From assembly GCA_015055745.1 (NCBI GenBank), contig SVHS01000001.1, forward strand, positions 74,094 to 138,093: 64,000 bases of DNA, read 5' to 3'. The notes below the pieces were generated by a model. It saw only the letters and a program-made list of their open reading frames with translations, was not told where the DNA came from and ran no database searches. Origin of the DNA: Clostridiales bacterium (lineage in GTDB: Bacteria; Bacillota; Clostridia; Christensenellales; UBA1242). The position numbers and the translations under genes are program-made. Shown here piece after piece: positions 29,229 to 37,921 of the stretch (positions are counted from its first letter, which is position 1; the number at the start of each line of letters is the position of its first letter).

Positions 29229-30494
29229 TTAGATTTTATCCAATTCCTCAATGATTTTTTTCTTATCGATTTTTTGTCCAATGAATACTAGTTTGATCAT
29301 TCTATCACCATAGACTTCGTCCCAATCTTTTCTAAACTTCTCATCATTCAATAGTAATTGTTCTATCTGATGTCTAGGGAGGGTGGCATACCAAGGGCCG
29401 TTTTCTGTGAGGACTCTTTGTCTGCCTGCTTGCTCGTAGATGTAGGACATTTTGTTGTCGTTTGTAAAGTATACCAAGCCTTTTGTCCTAATGATTTGCT
29501 TGCCGTAGTCTTTGTTTGCCCAGTCTTCAAATTTTAGCCTATCAAAAGGTTTTCTTCTATAGTAGACAAATGTGCCGATACCGTATTCTTCAGTCTCTCC
29601 ATGCTCATGACAGTGGCAATGCTCGTGGTCGTGGTGATGTCCATGGTGGTGCTCGTTGTGGTCGTGACAATGACACTCTTCACCGTCTTCGTGATGACAG
29701 TGGCATTCTTCATCGTGATCGTGACAATGTTCATGCTCATCAAGGTCATTTTCTTCCATATCTTTTTCTATCTCTTGGAACCAACCAGCAGATGTCAACA
29801 CATTTTCCATATCAAATAGATTGGTATCTAAGATCTCTTTTAAGTCTACATTAGAATAATCTGTCTCGATGAGCTTTGCTTTTGGTTGTAGATTTCTGAT
29901 GATTTTTTTCACGCGAGATAGTTCTTCTGGAGACACTTCACTCACTTTGTTCATCACTAGGATATCACAAAATTCGATTTGCTGTATCACAAGATTTTCT
30001 ATATCATCTTCGCCGATTTCTTGTTTTACAAGCTCGTCACCACAGCCAAATTCTTGCACCATACGAAGAGTGTCTACAACACTCACTATTGCGTCTAACT
30101 TGCAATATATAGGCATACCTTGTTGCTCAAAACTTTGAGTCAAAAAGTTTATAGTCTGTGCGATAGGAATAGGCTCGCATATACCGCTAGCCTCGATAAT
30201 AATATGGTCAAATTTTCTTTGCTTTACGATATCGTGTATTTGTTCTATGAGGTCTTGGCGCAATGTACAGCAGATACAGCCGTTTTGTAGGGCGACAAGA
30301 CTCTCTTCGCGTTTGTTTACGATACCACCTTTTTCTATGAGCTCCGCGTCGATATTTACTTCACCGATATCATTGACTATGACAGCGCATTTGTACCCTT
30401 TTGTGTTATTCAAGATATGATTTAAAAGAGTGGTCTTACCACTACCTAAATATCCAGTCACCAATGTGATAGGAATTGTTTTAAATTCTGACAT
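29229..30494 (-). CDS. COG0523 (CobW/ZigA/YciC-type) GTPase metallochaperone with His/Cys-rich insert
   Basis: GYLGSGKTTLLNHIL P-loop, GCICCTL (CxCC) motif, ~48-aa EHEHCHDHDEECHCHHEDGEECHCHDHNEHHHGHHHDHEHCHCHEHGE insert, CobW_C domain. Confidence 0.9.
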   Translation of the reverse strand: MSEFKTIPITLVTGYLGSGKTTLLNHILNNTKGYKCAVIVNDIGEVNIDAELIEKGGIVNKREESLVALQNGCICCTLRQDLIEQIHDIVKQRKFDHIIIEASGICEPIPIAQTINFLTQSFEQQGMPIYCKLDAIVSVVDTLRMVQEFGCGDELVKQEIGEDDIENLVIQQIEFCDILVMNKVSEVSPEELSRVKKIIRNLQPKAKLIETDYSNVDLKEILDTNLFDMENVLTSAGWFQEIEKDMEENDLDEHEHCHDHDEECHCHHEDGEECHCHDHNEHHHGHHHDHEHCHCHEHGETEEYGIGTFVYYRRKPFDRLKFEDWANKDYGKQIIRTKGLVYFTNDNKMSYIYEQAGRQRVLTENGPWYATLPRHQIEQLLLNDEKFRKDWDEVYGDRMIKLVFIGQKIDKKKIIEELDKI

Positions 30495-30665
30495 AATTTC
30501 TCCTTTTTGCTTTTATGGATATGATTATATCACTAAATAATGAAAAATTTAATACTTTTTTTAAAATTTCTTAAAATTTTATTTAAAATTATTTAAAATA
30601 AAATATTTTTGTCGTTTTCTTTGCGTCTGCGTTGTAGATTTATATTTATTAGATTAATTTTTGTC

Positions 30666-30694
30666 TTGAAAAATGAGATAAGATATGTTATAAT
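30666..30694 (+). promoter_or_regulatory. U32 peptidase gene promoter, leaderless geometry
   Basis: TTGAAA, 17-nt spacer, TG-t-TATAAT, then 6 nt (gctttt), then ATG at 30701; no SD. Confidence 0.6.
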
Positions 30695-30700
30695 GCTTTT

Positions 30701-32629
30701 ATGAGTATGAAAATTTTATCACCTGCTGGAGATTTTGAGAGTCTTAAGCAGGCTGTATACAATGGAGCAGATGAAGTATATCTCGGAGTAAAAGATTTCA
30801 ATGCAAGAAACATTGAAGGTTTTTCGCTAGCTACATTGAAAGAAGCGGTGGAGTTTGCGCATATTTATGATGTAAAAGTGCATTTGACGGTGAATATTCT
30901 TTTTAGTGATGAAGAGATGCAATCTGCTTTGGACCTAATAGTCGATGCATACAATCTTGGTGTAGATGCGTTTATTATCCAAGATATAGGGCTGATGAGT
31001 ATAGTGCATGAGTATTATCCTGAGATAGAGATACACGCTAGTACGCAGATGGGTATACATAATCTCGAGGGTGTGAGGCAGGTAGAGAAGCTAGGTGCAA
31101 AGCGTGTAGTACTATCGCGCGAGACACCACTCGAAGAAGTGGCGAGGATTAGAGCAAATAGTGATATAGAGATAGAGTACTTTGCTCAAGGGGCGTTGTG
31201 TGTGAGTTTTTCTGGAAATTGCTACCTAAGCTCTTATCTTCATGATGCTAGCGGGAATAGGGGAAAGTGTAAGCAATTATGCAGATTGCCATATGCTTTC
31301 AAATATGAAGATAAAGAAATTGCAAATGGATATTTACTCAGCGCGAAAGATATCTGTATGTTAGATAGATTGGAAGATTTAGAAAAAGCAGGAGTGACAG
31401 CTCTTAAGATAGAGGGTAGAGCGAGACGACCGTATTATGTAGGAGTGGCTACCAAAATTTATCGCAAGGCTCTAAATGGTGAAGATTTTGACATAGATGA
31501 GCTGAGATTGGCATTCAATCGAGGGTATACGGCGGGATATTTTGATGGAAATGGTGATATTATTTCCAATAGACAAAATCATATCGGTATAGAGATAGGT
31601 AGGGTAGAAAAATTTGTCAAAGGCAAAAAATTTAATGAGATATTTATATCTAGCGATCGTGAAATTACGCCAAAATCCACTATTAAATTTATTTATAACA
31701 ACGAAGAGATTACAATATCTGCTTATGATATCTCTAGGAGAGGAGGCTTATATCGTATCACTACTATGCAAACTGTAGAAGTGGGAGCAAAAGCATATAT
31801 TATCTCAGATTTTATGCGAGAAGAAGAGATGAAAAAATTTGTTTTTCGTAGACCTGTAGAAATCTCTATCTTGGCAAAAATCGGCGAGCCAATACGCGCA
31901 GAAATTAGTCTGAAAAATCACGAAATAATAATAGAAGGTGATGTATGTGAGGAGGCTAAAAATCAGCCTCTGACAGAAAAAGATTTCATTGACAATTTCC
32001 GCAAAAGTGAGCTGTTTGATGCGATATTGTATTGTGATATAAATGCTGTCTTTATGCCGAAAAAGAGTCTTAATGATTTTAGGCGAAAAGTATATGATAT
32101 CATCAAAAATGAATTGATAAAAACAGATAGAAATCTATTGAATAAAATATCTCTTCCAAAGTACAAGGAGATAGAAGAGATAGATAGTGCTTTAGATCTT
32201 TATATTCCTGAAGTTTATAATGAAATAGATATTGTGAAAAACAAAGATAAGATATTGTATTTGCCGATATTCGCTACCACACATGATGTGGAAATGCTAA
32301 AGCAAATTGTGGAAAAAAATAAAATCCCAGTACTTGTAAATAACTTGTATGCATTAGATTTTGATACTGAGAAATATATCGGTGGCGGTATGAATGTCTA
32401 CAATGGGTATACGGCGCAATACTTTGGGCGTCCATATTTTCGAGCTGAGGGAGGAGAGTATCAGATGCCATATATGACACTACGTCACTGTCCTATGAAG
32501 CAACATTTGGGAGCAGACTGTGTTCATTGTCCTTATCGCGAAGGCTACGAATATGTTATGCCAAATGGTAAAAGAATGAAACTCAAGAGATCCAAGATGT
32601 CATCATGTACATTTTATTTGACGAACTAA
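30701..32629 (+). CDS. U32-family peptidase-like protein (RlhA/TrhP/PrtC family)
   Basis: 642 aa; N-terminus MKILSPAGDFESLKQAVYNGADEVYLG typical of U32; conserved E..ALCVSFSGNC region; Cys-rich C-terminus; the family-typical start would be ATG at 30707. Confidence 0.85.
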   Translation: MSMKILSPAGDFESLKQAVYNGADEVYLGVKDFNARNIEGFSLATLKEAVEFAHIYDVKVHLTVNILFSDEEMQSALDLIVDAYNLGVDAFIIQDIGLMSIVHEYYPEIEIHASTQMGIHNLEGVRQVEKLGAKRVVLSRETPLEEVARIRANSDIEIEYFAQGALCVSFSGNCYLSSYLHDASGNRGKCKQLCRLPYAFKYEDKEIANGYLLSAKDICMLDRLEDLEKAGVTALKIEGRARRPYYVGVATKIYRKALNGEDFDIDELRLAFNRGYTAGYFDGNGDIISNRQNHIGIEIGRVEKFVKGKKFNEIFISSDREITPKSTIKFIYNNEEITISAYDISRRGGLYRITTMQTVEVGAKAYIISDFMREEEMKKFVFRRPVEISILAKIGEPIRAEISLKNHEIIIEGDVCEEAKNQPLTEKDFIDNFRKSELFDAILYCDINAVFMPKKSLNDFRRKVYDIIKNELIKTDRNLLNKISLPKYKEIEEIDSALDLYIPEVYNEIDIVKNKDKILYLPIFATTHDVEMLKQIVEKNKIPVLVNNLYALDFDTEKYIGGGMNVYNGYTAQYFGRPYFRAEGGEYQMPYMTLRHCPMKQHLGADCVHCPYREGYEYVMPNGKRMKLKRSKMSSCTFYLTN

Positions 32630-32660
32630 AAAAGACTAGTGAAATTGCTAGTCCTTTTTT
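32628..32660 (+). terminator. intrinsic terminator after the U32 gene
   Basis: gactag-tgaaattg-ctagtc hairpin followed by T6. Confidence 0.75.
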
Positions 32661-32779
32661 AAAAACCTATACATTCAAAATAACAAATCTATCTAAAAGT
32701 GTGTCAAAAGTGTGTCAAATTGAATATTTTGTATTTCTCTTAACCCTTTGTAGATATCTATTTTGTAGGGATTTTTCGA

Positions 32780-32856
32780 TGGTTGCGGGAGTTGGATTTG
32801 AACCAACGACCTTCGGGTTATGAGCCCGACGAGCTTCCGAGCTGCTCTATCCCGCG
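32780..32856 (-). tRNA. initiator tRNA-fMet (CAU)
   Basis: 77 nt, CGCGGGATAGAGCAGCTCGGAAGCTCGTCGGGCTCATAACCCGAAGGTCGTTGGTTCAAATCCAACTCCCGCAACCA. C1:A72 mismatch, three G-C pairs in the anticodon stem, CAU anticodon, encoded CCA. Near-identical to the E. coli tRNA-fMet core as I remember it. Confidence 0.95.
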
Positions 32857-32866
32857 CTGTGATATA

Positions 32867-32895
32867 TTATTACCATATTATTATTGATTTGTCAA
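32867..32895 (-). promoter_or_regulatory. tRNA-fMet promoter
   Basis: Minus strand: TTGACA (32895-32890), 17-nt spacer, TAATAA (32872-32867), about 10 nt before the mature 5' end. Confidence 0.55.
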
Positions 32896-33029
32896 TAAAA
32901 TTCTAAAAATTTATCGAAAAATTTTCAAGTTTATATAAAATTTTATATTTTTTTGGATAATTTGGTATATTCTCCTGGTAATGTTATTTGTCACATTGAA
33001 AAGAGAGCTTATTTTCGTATCAAATAAGT

Positions 33030-33058
33030 TTGACAAAAGATGTCGAATGTAATACAAT
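33030..33058 (+). promoter_or_regulatory. promoter of the small membrane protein gene
   Basis: TTGACA, 17-nt spacer, TACAAT; GGAGG RBS downstream. Confidence 0.55.
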
Positions 33059-33078
33059 TAATTTGGAGGAAGGGAAAT

Positions 33079-33444
33079 ATGGCATATATTTTGACAGTAA
33101 AAAAATACAAAAAGTTAGATGAACAAAAAACACAGCAATTACAGCAAATCTACAATGAGCTTTCTAGTGAAGATCAGACAAATGTCGTAAAGCAAGGTAA
33201 AAAAGTAAAAAATATATCTTTGTTTTGCTCAGGATTATTTTCACTTGCATTGATTGTGTTTGGCATTGTAGGTATTTTCTTACCAGATATCGGCACAATT
33301 ATGGGTATCGTCATCATGTTGTGTTCTATACCGACATTGTGGTATTTTTATTGCGCTATGACATGGAACAAAGTAGAGCCTTATGAATATTTGCGTTTGA
33401 TTGGGTCTCAAAAAGTGCAAGCTATCATATCTAAAGAAAACTAA
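33079..33444 (+). CDS. small two-TM membrane protein, unknown function
   Basis: 121 aa from the ATG behind GGAGGAAGGG; Q/K-rich N-terminus then two hydrophobic helices. Confidence 0.55.
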   Translation: MAYILTVKKYKKLDEQKTQQLQQIYNELSSEDQTNVVKQGKKVKNISLFCSGLFSLALIVFGIVGIFLPDIGTIMGIVIMLCSIPTLWYFYCAMTWNKVEPYEYLRLIGSQKVQAIISKEN

Positions 33445-33445
33445 A

Positions 33446-33478
33446 ACAAAAAAACTAGCATTACGCTAGTTTTTTTTC
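33446..33478. terminator. bidirectional intrinsic terminator
   Basis: A-run-actagc-attac-gctagt-T7 between convergent genes. Confidence 0.8.
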
Positions 33479-35488
33479 TTAAAACAAATCATCGTCATCA
33501 TCTTGGTCATCGCCAGATTTGCTTGCCATGACTGTATTACGATTTTTGATATCGTAGTATACTTTGTCTTCATCAAACATTCTTCTTTGGATATATGTGC
33601 CTTGTACTTGAGTAAGGTCATAACATTTTGCTTTATATGCTGGTGTGATGACTGTCTTCAATGCGGCATTTGGAGTAAATGTCTTGATGATAAGCTGACC
33701 CTTATCTCTAAATGACATCAATTCTTCTGGATAAGCGATAGGGATAGACTGGGTCTGCTTGCTGGTGGATTTTGTTTCTTTTCCGTCTGGACCAGTACTC
33801 TTATTTTCGCTAGTGATTTCGATAGTCTTTTTACCGAGTAGTTCACTAAATTCTTTATTGGTAGTCATATCTTCTGATGCGACATATACTTGGATAGGAC
33901 AGTTATCTTTGATGATTTTACCTTCGTCTTGACCATAATTTTGGTATAGCTGAGAGTAAGATTGTACGCATAGAGTAAAGAATATACCACGGCTACGACC
34001 TACTGCCATACTTGAACCAAACTCAGGGAATTTTGGCATATTACCAAATTCATCTAGCATAAAGTACACATTACGTTTTAGTCTGCCGCCTTTGCCTTGA
34101 GCCTTGTCCACTAGTCTCTTGTATAGCTGAGTGACGAATAGTATCGCCAATGGATATCTTGTACGTATCTCATCTGGAATAATAAGGAATATAGCTGTAG
34201 GTTGCTCATCTATGCAAGTAAAGTCTACCTCTGTATGGCTGGTCATAAAGCTGATGCCTGCGTCACTAAATAGAGCCATCATACCTGTAGCAAATCCCAT
34301 GTAGTTTTTAGTAGTATTTTCGGCATTTTGTAGAGCTGTAGATGCTAGGTCAGGTACTTTACTAAACTTGTCTCTATAGTCAAATAGATATTTCTTTAGA
34401 GTAGCGTAAGTATCTCTGCCGCTATCTGTCATGTTTACTATTTTATATACATTATATAGATTGTATTTGTCTCTAGTCATACCGAGCTCTGGGATAAGAC
34501 TATCTTCTAGCATTGCCAACATGATGGCGTGTAATAGTCTTCTAGCGGTCTTTTCCCAGCTTGGGTCTTTTGCACTTTCTACTGGTGCTAGTGTATTACA
34601 GATGTCTCCTAGAGCTGAGTAAGTCTCATCTTGGAGTGCCTTAGATGTCACACGCATATCGTTTTCTAGCACTTGCCTATCTACATATGCTGTGCCGTTA
34701 AATTCAAACCAAGTATTTGCATCATGGTCAAATGCTCTTTGGATAATAAGGTTATAATTTTTAGGGTTGTCGCCAGCAGGGTGTACACGCACTTCTTTTT
34801 CTAGATTGAAGCTTCTATGATAAGTGTCGTAAGGATAGGTGAGTGGATTCCACTGCATAGACATAGATGGATTACGAAGGTCTAATACTTTTACATCATA
34901 GCCCTCTTTTTTCAATTTATTTGAGCATGTATTGTACAGCTCACCTTTTGGGTCTGTGATCACAAATGAAGGTTTTGAAGCTGTCATGCTCATGAGCTGT
35001 AGAGTAGGGATAACGAATCTCCAAGTCTTACCAGAAGAGGTAGTACCGACTACTAATGTATGGATAGGCTCTACAAAGTTTATATCCATATGTGCGCCTT
35101 TTTCTTCTGCGCGCACTAGTATACCGTCTTTTTTGCTAGACTTTAAGGAAGATAGAGTGTTGTAATTAAATGATTTGTTTTTCTTTAGATCGTCGTCAGT
35201 GACAAAGTCTTTGTCGAAAAATTGTTGCGTGTCCTTGCCCTTGCTGTCCTTTACCTTGTCGAAGCTGACACTTTTTTTCTTCTTGCCATTCAATAGACTG
35301 ATTAGATCAAATATCAATAAGAAACCTAATGCAAAGAATGTCACTACGGCTGGCCACATTGTACCAAAATACTTAGGATTAGGAGCCCAGCTACCTTCAT
35401 TGAAATAAGTACATAATACGACAGTACCCAAAAAGGCTACTAGACCGATAATGATATACTTTAGTGCTACCTTAAAAAAACTCTTCAT
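33479..35488 (-). CDS. type IV coupling protein (VirD4/TraG family ATPase)
   Basis: 669 aa; two N-terminal TM helices; Walker A VVGTTSSGKTW; Walker B VYFMLDEFGNMPKF; CVQSYSQL motif; acidic DDQDDDDD tail. Confidence 0.85.
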   Translation of the reverse strand: MKSFFKVALKYIIIGLVAFLGTVVLCTYFNEGSWAPNPKYFGTMWPAVVTFFALGFLLIFDLISLLNGKKKKSVSFDKVKDSKGKDTQQFFDKDFVTDDDLKKNKSFNYNTLSSLKSSKKDGILVRAEEKGAHMDINFVEPIHTLVVGTTSSGKTWRFVIPTLQLMSMTASKPSFVITDPKGELYNTCSNKLKKEGYDVKVLDLRNPSMSMQWNPLTYPYDTYHRSFNLEKEVRVHPAGDNPKNYNLIIQRAFDHDANTWFEFNGTAYVDRQVLENDMRVTSKALQDETYSALGDICNTLAPVESAKDPSWEKTARRLLHAIMLAMLEDSLIPELGMTRDKYNLYNVYKIVNMTDSGRDTYATLKKYLFDYRDKFSKVPDLASTALQNAENTTKNYMGFATGMMALFSDAGISFMTSHTEVDFTCIDEQPTAIFLIIPDEIRTRYPLAILFVTQLYKRLVDKAQGKGGRLKRNVYFMLDEFGNMPKFPEFGSSMAVGRSRGIFFTLCVQSYSQLYQNYGQDEGKIIKDNCPIQVYVASEDMTTNKEFSELLGKKTIEITSENKSTGPDGKETKSTSKQTQSIPIAYPEELMSFRDKGQLIIKTFTPNAALKTVITPAYKAKCYDLTQVQGTYIQRRMFDEDKVYYDIKNRNTVMASKSGDDQDDDDDLF

Positions 35489-35672
35489 ATCAAACCTCGC
35501 GATTAATATGCTTTATTCTAATACATTTAGTTAAATCTGTCAAATATTTTATTGGATTATTGTATAAATTATCTTTATGATACAAAGAATAAGGATATAT
35601 ATTATAAAGGAAAGCAAAAAATAATTAATTATTAAAAAAATAAAAAAATTTCAAAAAAACATATAAAATTAG

Positions 35673-35701
35673 TTGATTTTAATTTTTTAACTTGATAATA
35701 T
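35673..35701 (+). promoter_or_regulatory. promoter of the T4SS structural-gene operon
   Basis: TTGATT, 17-nt spacer, TAATAT; divergent from the coupling-protein gene. Confidence 0.55.
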
Positions 35702-35715
35702 ATTGTCATGATTTA

Positions 35716-35736
35716 GCACAAAATATCGTTTTGTGC
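35716..35736 (+). promoter_or_regulatory. perfect 8-bp inverted repeat at the predicted 5' end of the T4SS transcript
   Basis: GCACAAAA-tatcg-TTTTGTGC, located between the predicted TSS (about 35708) and the RBS (AAGGGGG). Confidence 0.5.
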
Positions 35737-35754
35737 AATATAAGGGGGAATTTT

Positions 35755-36081
35755 ATGAATATGAATACTATGATGTTGGCTCCAGCATGGTTGACCACAT
35801 TGACTACGACTCTTAAAAATATTGTAAATCCTATTTTGGGCGTGGTAGCTTTAGTGGGTGTTATTTATGCTATTTGGGTTGGTGTCAAGTTTGTTAAGGC
35901 TGATAGTAAAGAAGAGCGTGAAGAGGCTAAAGCTAAGCTTATCTCAGTGATCATCGGTATAGTAGTGACTGGTGTATTGATTGCTTTATTCTACTGGTTG
36001 TCATGGATGTTTGAAAATGGCAAATTCGGTTTCGATAGTGCTATTCCTACAGAAATGATCGGATACTTCCTTCATAAGTAA
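35755..36081 (+). CDS. VirB2/TrbC-like small membrane protein (pilin-like T4SS component)
   Basis: 108 aa from the ATG behind AAGGGGG; signal-like N-terminus plus two hydrophobic helices separated by a charged loop (KADSKEEREEAKAK); position in the T4SS cluster. Confidence 0.5.
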   Translation: MNMNTMMLAPAWLTTLTTTLKNIVNPILGVVALVGVIYAIWVGVKFVKADSKEEREEAKAKLISVIIGIVVTGVLIALFYWLSWMFENGKFGFDSAIPTEMIGYFLHK

Positions 36082-36084
36082 AAT

Positions 36085-36108
36085 AAGAGAGCTTGGGCTC
36101 TCTTTTTT
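36085..36108 (+). terminator. intrinsic terminator (possibly an attenuating, intra-cluster one)
   Basis: gagagc-ttgg-gctctc followed by T6. Confidence 0.7.
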
Positions 36109-36200
36109 GTCATCATGAGCACTCCATGTCATCCTGAGAGAGTGAAGCGATTCGAAGGATCTCATAGATTCTTCGACGCACTTCGTTTGCTCAGAATAAC
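36109..36200 (+). repeat. hairpin-type intergenic repeat, copy B
   Basis: gtcatcatgagc partial head, then gtcatcctgag...ttcgaaggatctcatagattcttcg...ctcagaataac; homologous to 8737-8812. Confidence 0.7.
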
Positions 36201-36365
36201 ATATGTATTTGCTGTGTATGTTATATTAATCTCAATATTCTCAAAAAACTCTTTATATTTGTTTGTTTTTTATTAAAAATTTTGTTAAAATAAATAATAA
36301 TATTTGATATTATTAATTAATTTGTAGATTTTAGCAGACAATAAATAAAAGGAGGGGAGATATTT

Positions 36366-37859
36366 ATGGCTGATGAAGAAAATCAAATACCAGAAGGTCA
36401 AGAAACTCAAGCATCACCTCAGGGCGATCATCAGTCCCCTCTTTTAGCACGATTGCAAGAGAATGCTGATATGCGTAAGGGAAATAAGACAAAGTCAAAG
36501 CTTGAGACCATACGAGAGCGCCTCTCTAGAAGTAAATCTCCTACTTTAAAATTTTTTGAAAAGCGTACAGTAAATAAAGCAAAAGCATTTGCTAAGCCAT
36601 CTCGAGATAGAAAAGACTCGGCAAAAGTCAGTGCATTAAAAAAGAATATCAACAGCATTTTATGGCAGATAAATGTCTTAACAAAGGCTAATGTTCCACC
36701 TACAGTATCCAAAGGTATATCTATGACTCCTGCGCTATTTTGGATATGTGTCATTGCGCTAGGTATCCTTATAGTAGCTGGTTTGGTTTTGAGTATAGCT
36801 GACGCTCTAGGTGAGTCTGATGATACCCCAAATGCCCCAGCTCAAAGTGCTCTCGGTATTACTGGTGATGATTTTTACGGGGCGAGATTTGTATATCGTG
36901 ATGCTACGCTAGCTAGAGAATCTATCATAGAGGATATCGTAGATATAGTAGACCAGGGTATTGCTACAGCTGAGGGTATTACTACTATTACCAAGGATAG
37001 CACGACATACGATGTCACTATAGATGTGTCTATAGCTGTGCCTGATGAAGACTACTCATATTCGGGTTTTGATGAGACAAGCTTTGGTTCTGACTATCCT
37101 ACATTGTATCCAATAGTTAAAGATATAGCGAAGTCAGTATATATGGTGGACAATTCTATAGAGCCTGCTAGTGAAAATCTAGTAGATATAGTAGACGGTA
37201 TCAAATATTTTGGCTTTAATGCTGATATCATGACATATGTATCTAGCGATATAGCTACATTGATAAATAATAATGTTACATTCACTTCTACAAACAATAC
37301 AGACCTTACTCTAGCTGATGTGCAGGCAAAAGTGTCTAGCGATATATCTAATATATACACTGATGCTAAATATACCACTAGGACAGAGAAGGTGTTTATA
37401 CAAGACAATATATTAGATGCGGAAGAAGATACGTTGTCCGTTGCTAGGAAGCAATATATTGCTATGATATTTATGCCAAAGACAGATGTGAAGTTTACAT
37501 ATTTTTCATTTGTCGTGAGTGGTGCCGATTTTAATACATTTAGCATGGACATAAGACATGGCAATGATTTAATAAATGTAGAGAAAGATGAAGAAAGTCT
37601 GAGCTCTAGCGAAGAGAAATATTTATACTATGCAGAAAATGTCTCAGTAAATGCTAGTAAATATGAGTTTATTGATGAAAATAATCTTACAGCGTTGAGC
37701 GAAGGTATGTCTCTATACGATATCTTGGCACTTAGTAATCATTCAATGTATTTAGACAATACAAGTCGTATAGTGACCTACAGAGCAGACGGTGTCACAG
37801 TAAGTATGAATAATACAAATGTTATTAGATTTGTAGAATTCTCTACAGATTGGAAATAA
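36366..37859 (+). CDS. bitopic membrane protein of the T4SS cluster, unknown function
   Basis: 497 aa; ~120-aa basic cytoplasmic N-terminus, single TM (ALFWICVIALGILIVAGLVLSI), ~350-aa acidic ectodomain; AGGAGGGGAG RBS. Confidence 0.6.
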   Translation: MADEENQIPEGQETQASPQGDHQSPLLARLQENADMRKGNKTKSKLETIRERLSRSKSPTLKFFEKRTVNKAKAFAKPSRDRKDSAKVSALKKNINSILWQINVLTKANVPPTVSKGISMTPALFWICVIALGILIVAGLVLSIADALGESDDTPNAPAQSALGITGDDFYGARFVYRDATLARESIIEDIVDIVDQGIATAEGITTITKDSTTYDVTIDVSIAVPDEDYSYSGFDETSFGSDYPTLYPIVKDIAKSVYMVDNSIEPASENLVDIVDGIKYFGFNADIMTYVSSDIATLINNNVTFTSTNNTDLTLADVQAKVSSDISNIYTDAKYTTRTEKVFIQDNILDAEEDTLSVARKQYIAMIFMPKTDVKFTYFSFVVSGADFNTFSMDIRHGNDLINVEKDEESLSSSEEKYLYYAENVSVNASKYEFIDENNLTALSEGMSLYDILALSNHSMYLDNTSRIVTYRADGVTVSMNNTNVIRFVEFSTDWK

Positions 37860-37921
37860 ACAGCAAAAATATTTGATAATTTTAGATAAAAATTATATAA
37901 TTCAGATAAAACGGAGGATTT

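Noticed and set aside
29516-29854. Three overlapping ORFs (29516-29854 +, 29534-29749 -, 29601-29819 +) inside the COG0523 gene
   Set aside because: They are frame and strand shadows of the repetitive His/Cys/Asp codon run (cat/cac/gtg/atg periodicity). They have low-complexity translations and no start context.
30495-30700. A Zur/Fur-type operator upstream of the COG0523 gene
   Set aside because: Only a weak partial palindrome (tgattatatca) was seen, with no TCGTAAT-N-ATTACGA-like box. This cannot be called without a PWM scan.
32605-32823. A 72-aa ORF overlapping the tRNA-fMet gene
   Set aside because: It runs through a terminator, an intergenic spacer and the antisense of the tRNA. It is a spurious ORF.
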